From: Felis catus
Lineage: Eukaryota
DNA: 64,000 bases
Assembly (NCBI RefSeq): GCF_018350175.1
Contig: NC_058368.1
Coordinates: 193,628,001 to 193,692,000 of the forward strand
Reading direction: 5' to 3'
This document shows positions 49,641 through 63,388 of the stretch, piece by piece. The position numbers and the translations under genes were made by a program. How positions within the stretch are numbered: position 1 is the first letter of the stretch; the number at the start of each line of letters is the position of its first letter. Below the pieces are notes generated by a model that saw only the letters and a list, made by a program, of their open reading frames with translations, did not search any database and was not told where the DNA came from.

Positions 49641-51982
49641 TTTTAATGCTTAGCCTGTTTTAATGGTACAGAAGTCAAAAATAATAAATGGCTCGTCATT
49701 AGCCAGGTGCCTAGGGCTTTGCAACCTTCCTCAAAGAATAGACTCCCTAGGGCAGCTCCATTATCTGTTGATTTGCTGGGAGAGCATTAGAACCAAAAGC
49801 CAATGATATCCAAGGAGCATAATATAGTATGTCTTAAAGTCTAATTACATCTAATCCATTACGAAACACGTAGCTGGACTTTCCAAAATGTTTTCCTCAG
49901 TATATTTTAAATGTGTATTTAGAGAAAATCTTATTTTACTATAAAAATCTCTTCTTGTGTTGCTTGAAATTCTTGTGCCCCTTCAACACCTAATTTAATG
50001 GTTCATAATATTCTGAGGCCACTGAAGAAAACTTAAGGACCCTGGCTCAAAAAAAAAAAAAAAAAAAACAAAAAACCCACAAACACATTTATTGTCTTCA
50101 AGCCAGAAGTCTCCAAGGAGTTGTATTTCCCTTTAGCAGTTGAATAAAATAGAGTAAACCCTAATTTTGAGTGCAGGAAGTCCAGATCTCTCCCAATGCA
50201 TTTCTGGGTCTCTTTTGGGTGTTTGCACACTTGCATTGGTTGCTGCTTATCGATTACTGCCCTGAACTTCTCCATCGGTCCCCTCTTGCAGCTTGAAAAC
50301 ATTTCTTTGTACCATGCTACACTGTGATCTACTTTGACCCAGGCAAGGATACAGGTCCCCCTCTTAGTTAGGAAAAGCTAATATCAGATTGTAACACTCA
50401 CAAAACTTTATGAGAAACTGGGGATTAGAGGGAATTATGATACAGATATGGAGGAGTAGTAAAACTGAATATTGGGAATAACTGCTGTAAAATGTAATTA
50501 CTGTGACCCCCACAGAAGGTCTCTCAGTGTTCATCTCTTTCCTATGAGCCTGGTATGCAGTCATGTTGCAGGGGCCAGTTAACCCTATAGATTATAGATC
50601 CCAACCCAGTATTCTCTACTCTGATTCTAGACTTGGATGTCCTTCCCTGTAATAGGAATTGAAGAATGTGGCACTCAGCAAAAATATAATAAACATTGTA
50701 AGGAGGCAACTGTAACCCCCGTGAATGATAAATTTTTTATATTCAGAAACAAAATGCTTGGCCCGAAGCATTTGGAATATGTCACTGTTTCAGAATTTTC
50801 CGAGAAAAATGGGTAGTTACTTTCCTGAAATATCTATAACTAAAAGACTTATCAAACTATTCTCTCAAAACAAAGGGCATACCTGCATGAAGAACAATTT
50901 CTAGCTTCATTCCAGAATAGAGAACAGATTTTTTACATCCTTCCCCATTCAATCATATTTATAACTTCAATGATAATTTTAATAAGTCATCTCCAACAGC
51001 TAAAATAAATTGCTGGCAGATTTAAATACTATTTTGTTTCCCGCATGCAACCACACCACTGGGCCGAATATTTTAGAATGTTTAAGTCCACCCCTTGCAC
51101 CCAAACCCTTTCATAGATTCAATTCATAACCCTTGGTCCATCTCAAGACCTTTTAATTATGTTCTCTGCCTTGTACTGACATCCACTTCTGAAAAATGCC
51201 CCTCTCACAAATGATTGATTACTAGCTATTTAGTCTATCAGTCTATTATTTAGGTATTAGTCTATTTCACAAACATTGGTCCAGATTTTTGATTGCCAAC
51301 TCTTTGAAGGCAGAGACGTTGTTTTTAATTTTATTTTTAGCGATGCCAAACACATCATCCAATAAATAATGTACTGTGTTTTCTTACTTCAAAGTTGCTA
51401 TTGATTAGGAGATTGTACCATTGATTTAGTAAAAGCTCTTCAGAAAACAAACAAAAGTCCTACTGAATTAAATGTACATATTGATTACTAAGCTCATCTC
51501 AATTTTAGAAGCATTAATATGGGGGTGAAGAAAATAACGAAGCTCATTTTAGATAGAAGATGTATTTTAGATAGAAGATGTATGGCATCGTGAAATATGA
51601 ACTCTCACAGCTCCGGGATCTTAAAGGTCAACTATTCCATCTTCTTCTCAAATGTTGGAATCTTTCCAGAGTAGGTGAGCTTAATTTAGGATTAATGGAT
51701 AGAATTCAGGGAAGCATGGACTCTGAAATTTTAGGCAGAATTGTTTTTGTATGCGTGTACAGATTTTTCTTAAGAAAACGTCAACTTATTCTATTAGCCT
51801 CGGAAAGTCATTACCGGCTTTAACACTCCTAAGACGATTCATCTAGATCCCCTTGTGGTTGTTCATCCAGTCTGAGCTTGAATATCTCTAAAAGGAATTC
51901 ACTCAACATTCAACGCTTCTACTAAATAGCTCAACTTGACCAAAAATTTTCTTCCCTATCCTTGGTTCTGGTCCAGAACGCC

Positions 51983-52125
51983 TATATAATGTTATATATA
52001 TATGTTATATATATATAAATATATATAATGTTTTATATGTTTATATATTATATATATATATATTCATTCATTCCATATATATATTCTCTCTATATATAGA
52101 ATATATATAATGTTTTATTATAAAT
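51983..52125. repeat. (TA)-rich low-complexity tract
   Basis: Seen directly. Confidence 0.9.
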
Positions 52126-53360
52126 AATGATGAGAGACATTGATTAGTAGCTTGATTGTTATATGTTGGTTTATTGATATATGAAGGACTGATGTGAAGA
52201 CCATGAAATCAGATTTATTTATTTTTTCTTTTCTGATAAATTTATGTTTTCATTGTTCTTTTTTTGTTCTAATTTAGAATGTGAATAATTTAAGAAGTAA
52301 GTTAATTTGGTGAAGGGATAGTGCTCAATAAACGTTAACTGAATGCATTGATTAGATAAATAATGAATGAGTGGATGAAAGGGAGTGTAACTAAATATGT
52401 GGAATATAAATTAATTAATAAATGAATGTGCAGATTAATATAATGAGTAACTTAACACTTATGGGTCTAAAATTCTAGGTTTCACATATGTAAATTATTG
52501 AGATTCTTGTTGGACTGTGTCAGTGTTATTTATAATCACAAATAATTTCAGTATAAGAAGTTCACTTCTCAAGGTAGATTCTTTCAGTCCTCCATTCTCC
52601 CATCTACCCTTTCATCTCCCCCAGCAAAGGTTTTCCAACTCTTGTGCGTATCTTAGGTGAAGAAGAAATGGTATGGTGAAATATGATAGACACCGGGGAA
52701 CAGCAGTGGATAAGAAAAGCCTATGATGCTACATAGCTGCCATCAAAGCTACTGGGATCACAGAATTTTCCATTTAAAAGATACACTAGTGACTACAGTT
52801 GTTCAATTTCCTCACCTTATTGTTAAGAAAACACAGACCCAGAAAAAGACAGAACCAGTAGAAGCTCTAGATTCAGTATATTCATGATCCCTAAACTGTA
52901 AAACCAGGAAAACAGATGAGGCACACATGATTAAGAGAGATTTTAGTTTAGGGAAAATGTGCAGCTGTTCTCTTACGAACATAATATCCTTGGAAACCTG
53001 GCATAAATTGACAGAAACCCTGAAAAAATAAACCATGAACATTTACTTACATACATGCCCACACACATATTTCTCATGTAACTATTTTTGCCCTGTTGTC
53101 AGGAGCTAAGGGGGTAGCATGTGATGGAGAAGCATCAGGAAGAATCAGAAGATTGAGGAGCTGGGCTTTGTTCTGCCACTGATGTGCTCTTTGGTCTTGA
53201 GTGGGTGGCAATCCTCTCTGTGTCTCTGTCTCTCTGTAAACTGAGAGGGCTAGATGCAGGGTCCCCTTCCTCTAGATTTTCAGATGGAAGACATCTTCTG
53301 ACACAACGATCTATAAGCACTCCAGCTTTCTGGGAAGGGTTTTATTTGTTTCACTGGTTG

Positions 53361-53362
<2 letters not shown>

Positions 53363-53402
<40 letters not shown>
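53363..53402. repeat. (TTA)n microsatellite
   Basis: Seen directly. Confidence 0.95.
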
Positions 53403-54304
53403 GGAAGCACTGCCTAAGACTGGGGGATGGCAGGTATGAATTCTGCAAGGTAGTCTTGTCCTTTAACAAACCATAGAACACTTATCCCAGCTATATTGTG
53501 ACCACCTTTAGACTTTACTGGAAAGCCAAGTCTAATAAAATAGTGCATTAAACTTCACATTTCTTCCAAACACTTGATATAGATTCTTTCTTCCTTCCTT
53601 CCTTCCTTCCTTTCTTCCTTCCTTCCTTCCTTCTTTTCCCTGGCATGTAACAAGTCACCTACTTTCCTGTACTTTTTGGGGGAAACTGGTGGAAAAAACT
53701 CAGGAGTCTATGATGGAATTTTTTTTTTTTTAAATCATGGAGAGTCTGTAAGGCATTGATTTGCACCAAATGTAACTGCTTTTTGCTGTAGCTGTTAATT
53801 GATGATATTACATTATAAGGTGAGTACAGACAGCACAGCAATTCAAAGCAGAAAAGTAATAGACAGTGACGCATAATTTTAAAACTTTTTAGAGGTTGGG
53901 ATTGTAGTGAAAGAGAGGTGGGGTATACAGCAAGAAATGCCCCCAAGAACCCTAGGTCCTGTTCAACCTTTCCAAAACCTCAAGGAACAGACCCAGAAGA
54001 GAAAACAGTGGACAGAAGAGAAGGAATGAACCCGTGACATCTATTGAGCATCTTAAATTTGTCAAATAGTGTAAATTCTTCATGAGCGTCAGTAGGTGAG
54101 TTCAGATTAATCAATTAAATAATGCATTCGTTTAGTAAATATGCATTCAAAATCTACCACTTGCCAGATACTGTGCTCAGTACTAGGTATTCAGTAGTGA
54201 ACAAAACAGTCCTGATTCTCCTGGAATTCAGCAATGGAACACTTTGGCTTTCCTTTTTATTATTTTAACTATCCCCTGAGATAGGCAAGCTAAAGTGCTT
54301 GCCC

Positions 54305-54750
54305 GATAGGACCTGAGGCAAAGGTTTTGATGCAAATGACTATATTTGGAAATCCATCCCAGGTAACACAGTGAGGAGGTGGGAAAGGGACATAAGGAAG
54401 GGAGGAGGCTAGAAGGGGGTTTGTAAATAAGTGGGAGACCTGTGTGGGTAAGTGGGGCTCAGTCTTGCTGGGGATTCTCTAAGAGACTGTGTAGAACACA
54501 TCTCAGAATTGGCCTATGCAGGGCACAAGGAAGCTGAGGCATTCACCCACGAACTCCTGTCCCTCATTGGTTGAGGTCCTCCAGTCATGAACTCTCTGGC
54601 ACATTCAGTATGCCCTGCACTCGGGCCTAGCTTGCTGCTTCCCAGAGAACCCCACCAGGCGGAGATGCAGAGAGCCATGGGAGTCTTCAGGACCTGTCTG
54701 GGAGAGCTGGGGGCACATGGGCGGGGCATGGCACTGGCAGTGTCTATCAC
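54305..54750 (-). mobile_element. ERVL LTR (LTR16-like)
   Basis: 'acctgaggcaaagg...tgcaaatga...gggctcagtcttgctgggga...catctcagaatt...gtccctcattggttgagg'. Confidence 0.75.
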
Positions 54751-55040
54751 GTGATTATCCTCATTTTATAGAAAAAGAAACTTAGGCTTGAGTAGTCACC
54801 CACCTAGTAGGTATTAGAATTCGTACAAAACCCAGTAGTCTTTTACTGCACCCTAGTCCTCAAACAGGGTGTGGAGCTATCCCCTCGTAAGCTCTGGATG
54901 ACAATGAGACATCCTACCTCTGGAAGGATGGGGTAGGTTCCTGGGTCAGAGTCAGGCTGACATCAGATGGAACCACACAGGCTTGGAGGCCAAGTCCTTT
55001 CTTCTCAGTGGATTCTGAATGAGCAGCCCCAATACAATAT

Positions 55041-55958
55041 TGTGATTCATAGGAAATACATATTTGGTCATTTCGATGACCAAAATGTATTTCCAATATG
55101 TATTTGGTCTTTTTCCACAGTTACTGGCTCACAGCCTGGGATTTCCTGTGATGACAGCAATAAAGTTGTCTTTGTTATGTTAATGAGGTGACTTTTGAAA
55201 AGCCCTTAGGTAACTTATGGATGGGGCTGGTTGCCATGGGAACCAATCAGGTGTTTAGAGAATTGGAACTCTCAGTCCATCACCCCCTACACACAACTCT
55301 GGAGAGGGAGGCGGTGGTACTGATCGAGTTCAATTGCAAATGGCCAATGATTTAATCAATGAAGTCTTCATAAAAACCCAAAAGGACAGGGTTCAAAGGG
55401 TTAGCAAACACTTCCAGACCCAGAGGATGATGCACTCCAACTGCATGGGAAGGAGGTTCCTGTGCTAGGAAGCCTCCTGAACCAAACCCTATGTATTTCT
55501 TGGTCTGGCTCTTCATTCACATCCTTTATAATACCCTTTAATGAACTGGTAAATGTAAGTGTTTCTCTGAATATTGTGAGCCACTGTAGCAAATTAATCA
55601 GACTCAAACAGGGGGTTGTGGGAACCTTTGATCAGAAGCATAGGTGATAACCTGGCCTTGTGACTGGTGTCGGAAGGGGTACTGGGCTGTGGTGGGAGGC
55701 AGTCTTCTGGGACTGAGCCCTTAACCTGTGATCTGTTGCTAATTCCAGGTAAACAGTGTCAGAATTGAATTAAACTGCAGGATACCCAGTGATGTAGGAC
55801 CCTTGCTTGTTGTCTTGGGGAAATCTCCCCACACATTTGGTGACCAGAAGTGTCAGAAGTGAAGTGTTTAGTGGGAGTAATAAAGGAAACACACAGGAGA
55901 TAGATTGACCTGAAATTTTTCTCTAAAACAGGTGGAACACTGAGTTTTTCTAATAAAC
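55041..55958 (+). mobile_element. MER21-like LTR
   Basis: 'tgtgattcataggaaatacatatttggtc...ggatggggctggttgcca...tggccaatgatttaatcaat...gtgtcagaattgaattaaa...cacatttggtgaccagaagtg'. Confidence 0.8.
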
Positions 55959-57514
55959 CCAGGCCCTGGGCCCTTGTTGGCATTGAAGGAGGTTGGGAGA
56001 AGAAAAGGAGTGACTTCCTTTTTAACTCTGAAGGCTTATAAAGCCTAACTGGAAGCACATGATGTTGAAAGTAGCTCAGTGTCACAGAAATTCATTGAGT
56101 CAAGTTGGCCAGGTCTAGCTGTGACTGACCTGTAGGAACCGTTCCACCTCCAGAGGAAGGACTCCGTTTCCTCATTCATAAAAGAGAAATATCATCTATG
56201 TCATAGGATTGGTGTTTAAATTATCATGGTGATTCAATGAGATGCTGTGGGTGTCAGCCTGGCTCCCCAGGCAATAGAGCCTGAGGCACAGTTTGTGTGC
56301 TGACATTTATTGGGTGTGGGTTTGAAAACTCGGAACCCTCTAAGATGGACGAAGAAGGCAATGTGTCTGCTCGTTCCCCCTGGGTTCCCTGTTTCTCACT
56401 GGTAAAAGCTGTTAAGATGTTAATTCTGTACTTAATTCTTTAACCCTCTGCTGTTGAGTTGTGTCACCTGCTCCTTGTGGCTGCTTCTGAAGCAGAGTCC
56501 TCATTTGCCAAGGTTGAGAGCAGGTAACCTGTTACAGGAGCCCCATGACTCCCACCCCCAAGGGAGGCCATACAAGATGAGGCGGTGGTGGATGTGGCCA
56601 GGGCTTTATGACAATGGACATGGGACCTGGTGCCACTGCTGCTCCTAGGACAGAGCCTGGCAGCCAGGAGGGACTGAGGTCTGTGGAGGTACATGAACTG
56701 GGTCAGGCACAGTATGTACGAAATACCTTTAACTGTGTAAAGGATAAAGCAGTCCATTTTTATAAATGACTTCAGATCTACAGATTTCATTTCTGGTGCC
56801 TAATTTTTATATTTTTCTTTCTTTCCTTTGTTGTCACTTGTCCTAGACAGAGATGCTCTGTCTATATATTGTAATAAAAAATGTTTAATGAACAAATCAG
56901 TGAAGAATATTACCTAATTTTATGAACAACTGTCTATGTAAGGGCATATCAGTAAAACTAGATGTCATTTATTACACACTTATTCCATGTAGTGGGCCAG
57001 ACATCTCACACAGGTGACCTCAATCTTCACAATCCCATTATTTTCCCTATTTTATAGGTGAGGAAACTGAGGATTAGAGAAGTTAAGGATATTGTTTAAA
57101 GTCACAAAATTGGTATATTGCAAGAAATGTACTAGCATTTTGTATCTTCTATTTTCTTCTCATTTACTCTGTTTTCTTTTAGGAAAAGAAAACATTGTTG
57201 CATTTTAGGGTTCACAGGTATGGTTTGCATGACTGAGGTAGTGGGAAGTGTTAGTGGGTATGGCCATCATGTTTCTGTGGTCCTAGCAATTGGGACAGAC
57301 CTACATGTTTATCCCAAACAACTGACTGCACACATGCCTATTTGAATTTTGCTTTGAAATCAATGTTACAGAATATTAAGTTCCACAAGGACAGAGTCTG
57401 TGTCTACTTCACCTTTATATCCCCCAAGCCTAGAAGAACATTGGTATATATGCAGCTTATAAAATGACAGGATAGATCATATAAGGCATGGCCATAAGAC
57501 TCTGAACATCAAGG

Positions 57515-57974
57515 CAGAGGTCAGCAGAACACGGTCCATAGACTAAATCCAGCCTGCTGCCAGCTTGTGTAAATAAAGATTTATTGAAACGCCTTTAAGC
57601 CCATCCATTAACGTATTATCTATGGCTGCTTTTGTGTTTTTTTTTTATTAAAATTTTTTTTAATGTTTATTTTTGAGAGAGAGACAGAGCACAAGCAGAG
57701 GAAGGGCAGAGAGAGAGGGAGACACAGAATCTGAAGCAGGTTCCAGGCTCTGAGCTGTCAGCACAGAGCCTGATGTGAGGCTTGAACCCACAAACCCTAA
57801 GATCATGACCTGAGCTGAAGTCAGATGCTTGACCTACTGAGCCACCCAGGCGCCCCTGCTTCTGTGTTTGTATTACAACAGCAGAAGTGAGAAGTTGCAA
57901 CAGAGACTAAATGGTTCACAAAGGCAAAAATGTTTGTTATGTGATCCTTTATAGAAAAAGTTTGCCCATTCATG
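57515..57974 (-). mobile_element. MER58A interrupted by a SINE
   Basis: 'gtaaataaagatttattgaaac...acgtattatctatggctgctttt|SINE|...agttgcaacagagac...gaaaaagtttgcc'. Confidence 0.85.
57640..57856 (-). mobile_element. Can-SINE in MER58A
   Basis: TSD tgcttttgtgttt / tgcttctgtgttt. Confidence 0.96.
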
Positions 57975-58506
57975 CCCTAAAGTATGCTTGAAATAGAATC
58001 AGAAGCTGTGATAAAAAGTTTAGATAAGTAGAAAAGGATTAGGTTATAAAAATGCCCTTCCGCCACTCCTCCCTTGTTTTCAGCTGAAAATAAAATCTAG
58101 TTATTGTAATGTCATGTTAAATGTGTAAAAATGGAACGAAGTCAAATGCCTAACAAGTGAGGTGTGATTTAAATGCATTGTGCAATGCTGTGCCACCACT
58201 AAAAAGATTGCTGTAGGACAATTTATAAACAACAGAAAAAGGGATACAACACAATACATGTAAAAAATCAAAATCCTAAATTCAATTTCATTCTACTTTT
58301 GTGCCAGAAATGTATAGACATTTATAAGTTAAAGAAATGTAGAATGAAACACCAGAACAGTACCAATGTTCTGATGAGAGAATTATGGATCATTCTAATT
58401 TTCTGCTTTATGCTTACCTGCATTTTCTATTCTTCTCTACAATGCACAGGCAGTTTTCCAGAATAAAAAGTTGAATTTTGAAAACATTTAAAAAATATAT
58501 GCAATA

Positions 58507-58712
58507 GGGGCACCTGGATGCCTCAGTCGCTTAAGCGTCTGACTCTTCATCTCAGTTTAGGTCATGATCTCACGGTTCCTGAGTTCAAGCCCTGATCAGG
58601 CTCTAGGCTGTCAGTATGGAGCCTGCTTGGGGTTCTCTCTCTCTCCCTCTTTCCCTGGCCCTCCCCTGCTGTACTTTCTCTTTCAAAATAAATAAACTTA
58701 AATAAAAATAAA
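58507..58712 (+). mobile_element. Can-SINE followed by a (TA)/(CA) tract to ~58840
   Basis: 'ggggcacctggatgcctcagtcgcttaagcgtctgactc'. Confidence 0.93.
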
Positions 58713-59455
58713 ATATACATATATATTTGTTTTATTTATATATATATATATAAACGTATATATAAGCATAGTATATATAAGCATATTATATATAAATATA
58801 TTATATATAAGCATATTATACACACACACACACACACATATAAATCTCTTATGATATAGGAATATGAAAATAAAAGTCCAGAACAATATTTTTATAAAGG
58901 AGAATGGCTAGTTAAGAGGCCACCCACCTTTTTTTTTTTCTTGTAAATTTCTCTTTCCTCTGGGGCTTCTTCTCCATTAGATTATTGTGGCCTCCACTAC
59001 ATCAGGCCCCAGGGAGCCCATACCTCCTTTAAAGCTGCAAAAGCATGAATTGAAATAACTTTTCATGTTTTTCTTTGCTCAGTTGAGACAGGCTGACATT
59101 TTCAAAAAGAACTTTAATACTCAGTGAACAAAAAGGCAATAATTACAGAAAATACAAGAGGCATAACAGTTGTCATGTTTAAAATACAAGCCTCTAGTCC
59201 TCTAAAGGGCTGATTCTTGGTGGAATCTGAAGCAAACTTGGCTCCCTGCTGGAACCTTGCCTAATTCCCCTGAAGTGGGTACCATTACATTTCTGCCACC
59301 TGGAATTATTCTTGGGCCAGCTAGTCTCTGTATTCATTGAGGATAAAATATCCCTTGCTCTATCCATCTGTGGCTTTCCCACCTGGTTCCCCTCCAGGAG
59401 ACATTACAGTTCATCCAGAGATGACTGACAAGGTGAGAAAAATTTAGCAGTTCCT

Positions 59456-59462
59456 CACACCA

Positions 59463-59517
<55 letters not shown>
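59456..59517. repeat. (CA)n with an internal cgcgcg core
   Basis: Seen directly. Confidence 0.95.
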
Positions 59518-59522
<5 letters not shown>

Positions 59523-61509
59523 CATACCTGTAGAAAACGTAGTAACTATCATTTGGTTATTTAGATGAGAATCTCTTGCCGATCACATGCAGGGAAGTGG
59601 CCAAGTTAAACTCCATCCATTTCAGTTTTATAAAATGATAATTTATCACATGTCCAAATGTCACAAACTGCACATATGCAGTGACAGAACATGTTCAAGT
59701 CTCTCCATCTTCATGTATAAGATAGAAATCCAGGAGGCATCAAAATCCCAAACTTCTCACCTTTACCCTTGCTCATGCTCTTGAGTCCCTCTGTGATATC
59801 ACTTCCCTGTTCCCTTGTCTTTCAGGAGCCTTCTCTGTAGCCCCTACAAAGAAGTGATGCCTTTCTCCACTGAGATAATGAAATCTTGCTTGCATCTCCT
59901 TGTACCTTGGACCCAGAAACTGATCTGTGCTAAAACTAATTACATCACTTTTATCTTTCTATGAGCAGCTTTAGGGCAAGAACTATATTTTCATGTTGTA
60001 TCTTCTATTCAGGTTTTAGAAAAGTGTCTCACCTGTGACAGAGAGGCTCAAGAAATAGTTGTTGAATTGTTGAATAAATGTATTTTAGTAATTATGGGGA
60101 ATTTTAAAGAGATCAATCTAGGATCAATGCATGGAAGTTCCCAGGAGATCAACTTATATTCAGTTTAAAAAAGAACTTTCTCAGAGTCCACACTGCATTA
60201 TGTTTAATGGATTTTGTCTTTCTGGAAAATAACACTGGGTGTATTGTGTTCAAGATAAAAGTCTACTTTTGAGGAATATCATAATGGAGATTCACTCAAG
60301 AAATGAAGGATTGGACAAAATGTCCTCTAAAATTCTTTCCAGCTTTATCTTGCTGTTAATTCTAAATCCAGATGCAGGCAAGAAATCTCATCAGAATAAG
60401 TTTTTATCATTTGTTCAGGCTATCAGCGGGTGAGGCTGTCTCTACATTGGGTGTATCCATCCTTGGTTCGTTTTTTCCTACATAGTCCTCCTTTTCTCGA
60501 GCATAGTGATTAAAATCTATCATGTGACATCATAACATCTAAAAAGCCACCAGCAACCACTGAAGAGAAACTGGCATTTCTTGGGAATCCATGAAGTACA
60601 TTATTTTATTTGAGGATAACCTGGCTTTGAGTTAAATATTTGCCAGGTTTTTTTCCCCCATCTTCCCTTAAAGAGCTAGTTTCCTGAAGCTGGGTTTTGG
60701 TTTCTTAGAATTGCCTTGTCCTACTGCCTAGCCTACCTGTGCTACTGAAATCCTATTTGCAGCAACCAAATTACTTTCTCTGAATCCAATTTATACAGTG
60801 ACATATGGGGGATTCCAAAAGGGAAAGTTTCCATTCATATCCAGCAAATCATCTTTACGGGAAGAAAGTTAGGAGCAAACTTGGTGACATACAGAGAAAT
60901 TTAACTTCTGGAAACCATCATCTTCCATTTTTAAATTAATTCTCTGTAAGGTAGTTGGGACCAGAATAAGTTTGTGCCTATTTTCAGACAGATTAACCAT
61001 TAATGAGTGATGATGAATTTACCTTACTAAGCAATTTTGCAAAACTGGTTTTCATTTTTTTCCTATCTCCCTCTTTGTATGTTTGTATCATTCATGTCAT
61101 AGGCACTGTTTAATAAGGATATAATTCAAGAAATTAAATGCCAAATTTCTGGTTTTACCCCTTTCCTCTTTAAAAAGATGATATTTATAGAATTACTTTG
61201 GTTCAAAACTATTGTATATGTGAGATTTTTAACATGAATGATTCATTATTAGGTCAATTTCTTTGTCTATTAGCTTCACTTGTTTGGGTTTCCTTGGTTC
61301 TGAATACCAGGAATGTTGTTTCAGCTGCTGTTTGACACATTTGTGAGTAAAATCACAAGATTAAAAATGCCCCCATACAGAGAATAAAATATCATGCTAG
61401 AATTCTATAGAAATTCGATACTATTACTCCTGGGAACCCTCACATAGCTGTTGGAGAGTGGAAACTGAGGCCTTAACATTACACGTACCACATACAAGGT
61501 TGGTGACAG

Positions 61510-61770
61510 TAATAATAAGGATAACAAACTTCATTGGGCACTTGTGATGCCACAGTCAGCCTTCTAAGTGCTTTTCCCTTGTCTGCTCATTTAATGCATT
61601 CATTCTTTGGGATTGTTGCTATTATTAGTAAAAGGCGAGAAAAAATAAGACGTGGAAAGATTAAGTATTTTGCCTAAGGTTCCCAAGCTAGTAAGTGAAG
61701 GAATCAGGATCTGAAATCAGGCAGAATGGTTCCCAAACCTTGCTCGTACACATTATGCTATTCTGCCTTT
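61510..61770 (-). mobile_element. MIR SINE
   Basis: 'aagattaagtattttgcctaaggttcccaagctagtaagtga...ggatctgaaatcaggcag'. Confidence 0.8.
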
Positions 61771-62435
61771 TTGTCAGAAATACGTGGACTCATTTTGTGT
61801 ACAGTCTATAAATGTCTGCATATATATAGAAGAGGAGAAATACACACACACACATACACATACGTATATCCTACATGTATATTGTTCTCTTTCATTTGCA
61901 AAGCTTTGCCTCTAAACAGGGAAAGGATGACTAACAGTTCCTTCTGGTTGGTTGATTATCATAATACAAATTCCTACAAAAGGAAAGCCATTGCCCTAGC
62001 TAATCTTAACATCCCTACATCAGTAGCTATTTCAAGAAAAAGCAATTCCCATCTGTTATAGAAACATATTTGGTGACAGCACACATCTTCTTACCCTAGT
62101 ACCATCCCATTGCAATGCAACGGTGAAAACAGCATGATTTTCTTCGTTAATTCTGGAAAGCTCTATCTAAGCCAAAACATGTGAAGGGACTCAACGCCTT
62201 CTTGTTTGTAATCTGCAAAAGTAGGGCTGTTAACCTTTGTCTCTCCTTTTGAGTTCACCGGAATGGTCAGATGTATGTAACAATCAAATCTTTTAGTTTT
62301 ATGTGCTTTTCTCAGAATATAATAGACATCTGTTATTTTTCTGCTGAGCAAATTTTTCCTTTAGGGAAATAGTCCACCCCCACCTGGTGGAATTGTCATT
62401 CACGTGGTCCTGCTTGCCTGGGACTGGGATGGGCT

Positions 62436-62991
62436 TGTAGGGGCCAATGGCAGGCTGCCCCAAGACGGGCCATTTTGGCATGAAGAATATTTTGAATTAC
62501 AAAGCAATCACAACCCTGTACATTCAAGAAAAACTCTTTACCTTTCCCCTCAACTGCCTAAAAAGAATTTAGATAGAGGATCTGCTCCCGGAAGAGAACT
62601 ATCACCATAGATCACTATGTTAAGAAATGAACTAGGTATAGTAGACAGGGAGAACACTAGTAAGACCTATGTGATCAAGTTCTCTTTGTCCCATTGTTTC
62701 TGAGGGGCCCAGTGAACATTTGTTTACCAAACATTTACTCTTTTTTATCTTCCTGTGAATTGCATTTCTTCTCTTTGAAGTCTTAGATTCCTACCTGCCC
62801 TTCCCCTTAGTTCTGGACGTCATGTATTCCTCATTTTTGCCTGACTGTCCTTGGAATTGCACGTCTGTGTGGATTACCCATATGTACAAAATTAAATTTG
62901 ATTTTCTCCTGTTAATATGTCTCGTGTCAATTTGATTCTGAGTCTGGCTAGAAGGACCTTGAAGGGGAGTGGAAATTCTTCCTCTTCAGCA
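62436..62991 (+). mobile_element. ERV1 solo LTR (MER34-like) inserted in a MaLR LTR
   Basis: TG...CA termini; perfect 4-bp TSD ggct (62432-62435 / 62992-62995); attaaa signal near 62891. Confidence 0.88.
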
Positions 62992-62995
62992 GGCT

Positions 62996-63388
62996 TGTGA
63001 CCCAGGCTGGCCAATCAGTGTGCCTTACCTGCCTGGATGCTGAGATTGTTTCAGGGGCAGGCATGTAACCATAGATGTGACAGAGTTTTTCCCTAGACTT
63101 CTCCATTGAGAAGAGTGCCTTTCTTTCCTTTCTTGAAGATTTCGAGGTATAAGGATAGTTTAAGCCTGGGATTGCTGAGAGCCTTTGTTGTCATGTGAAA
63201 TGATTCTGCATGAAAATTAAGCCAAAAAAGAAGACAAAAATAGATTCAAGAAGGAGGGAGAAGAGATGCAAAACCTTAAACCCTTGAATTGAGCCATATT
63301 TGAAGCTAGGATCCAATCTGGCATTTCAATCGTGCAAGCTTAAGCAAAAGGAGAGTTTCTGTCACTTATAACCAAGAGTCCTAATACA
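62996..63388 (+). mobile_element. MaLR LTR (MLT1-type), 3' part; 5' part at ~62330-62435
   Basis: 'tgtgacccaggctggccaatcag...ggcatgtaacc...gtttctgtcacttataaccaagagtcctaataca'. Confidence 0.75.

Noticed and set aside
51546..51581. 18-bp tandem duplication attttagatagaagatgt x2
   Set aside because: An ordinary small slippage duplication with no functional signal.
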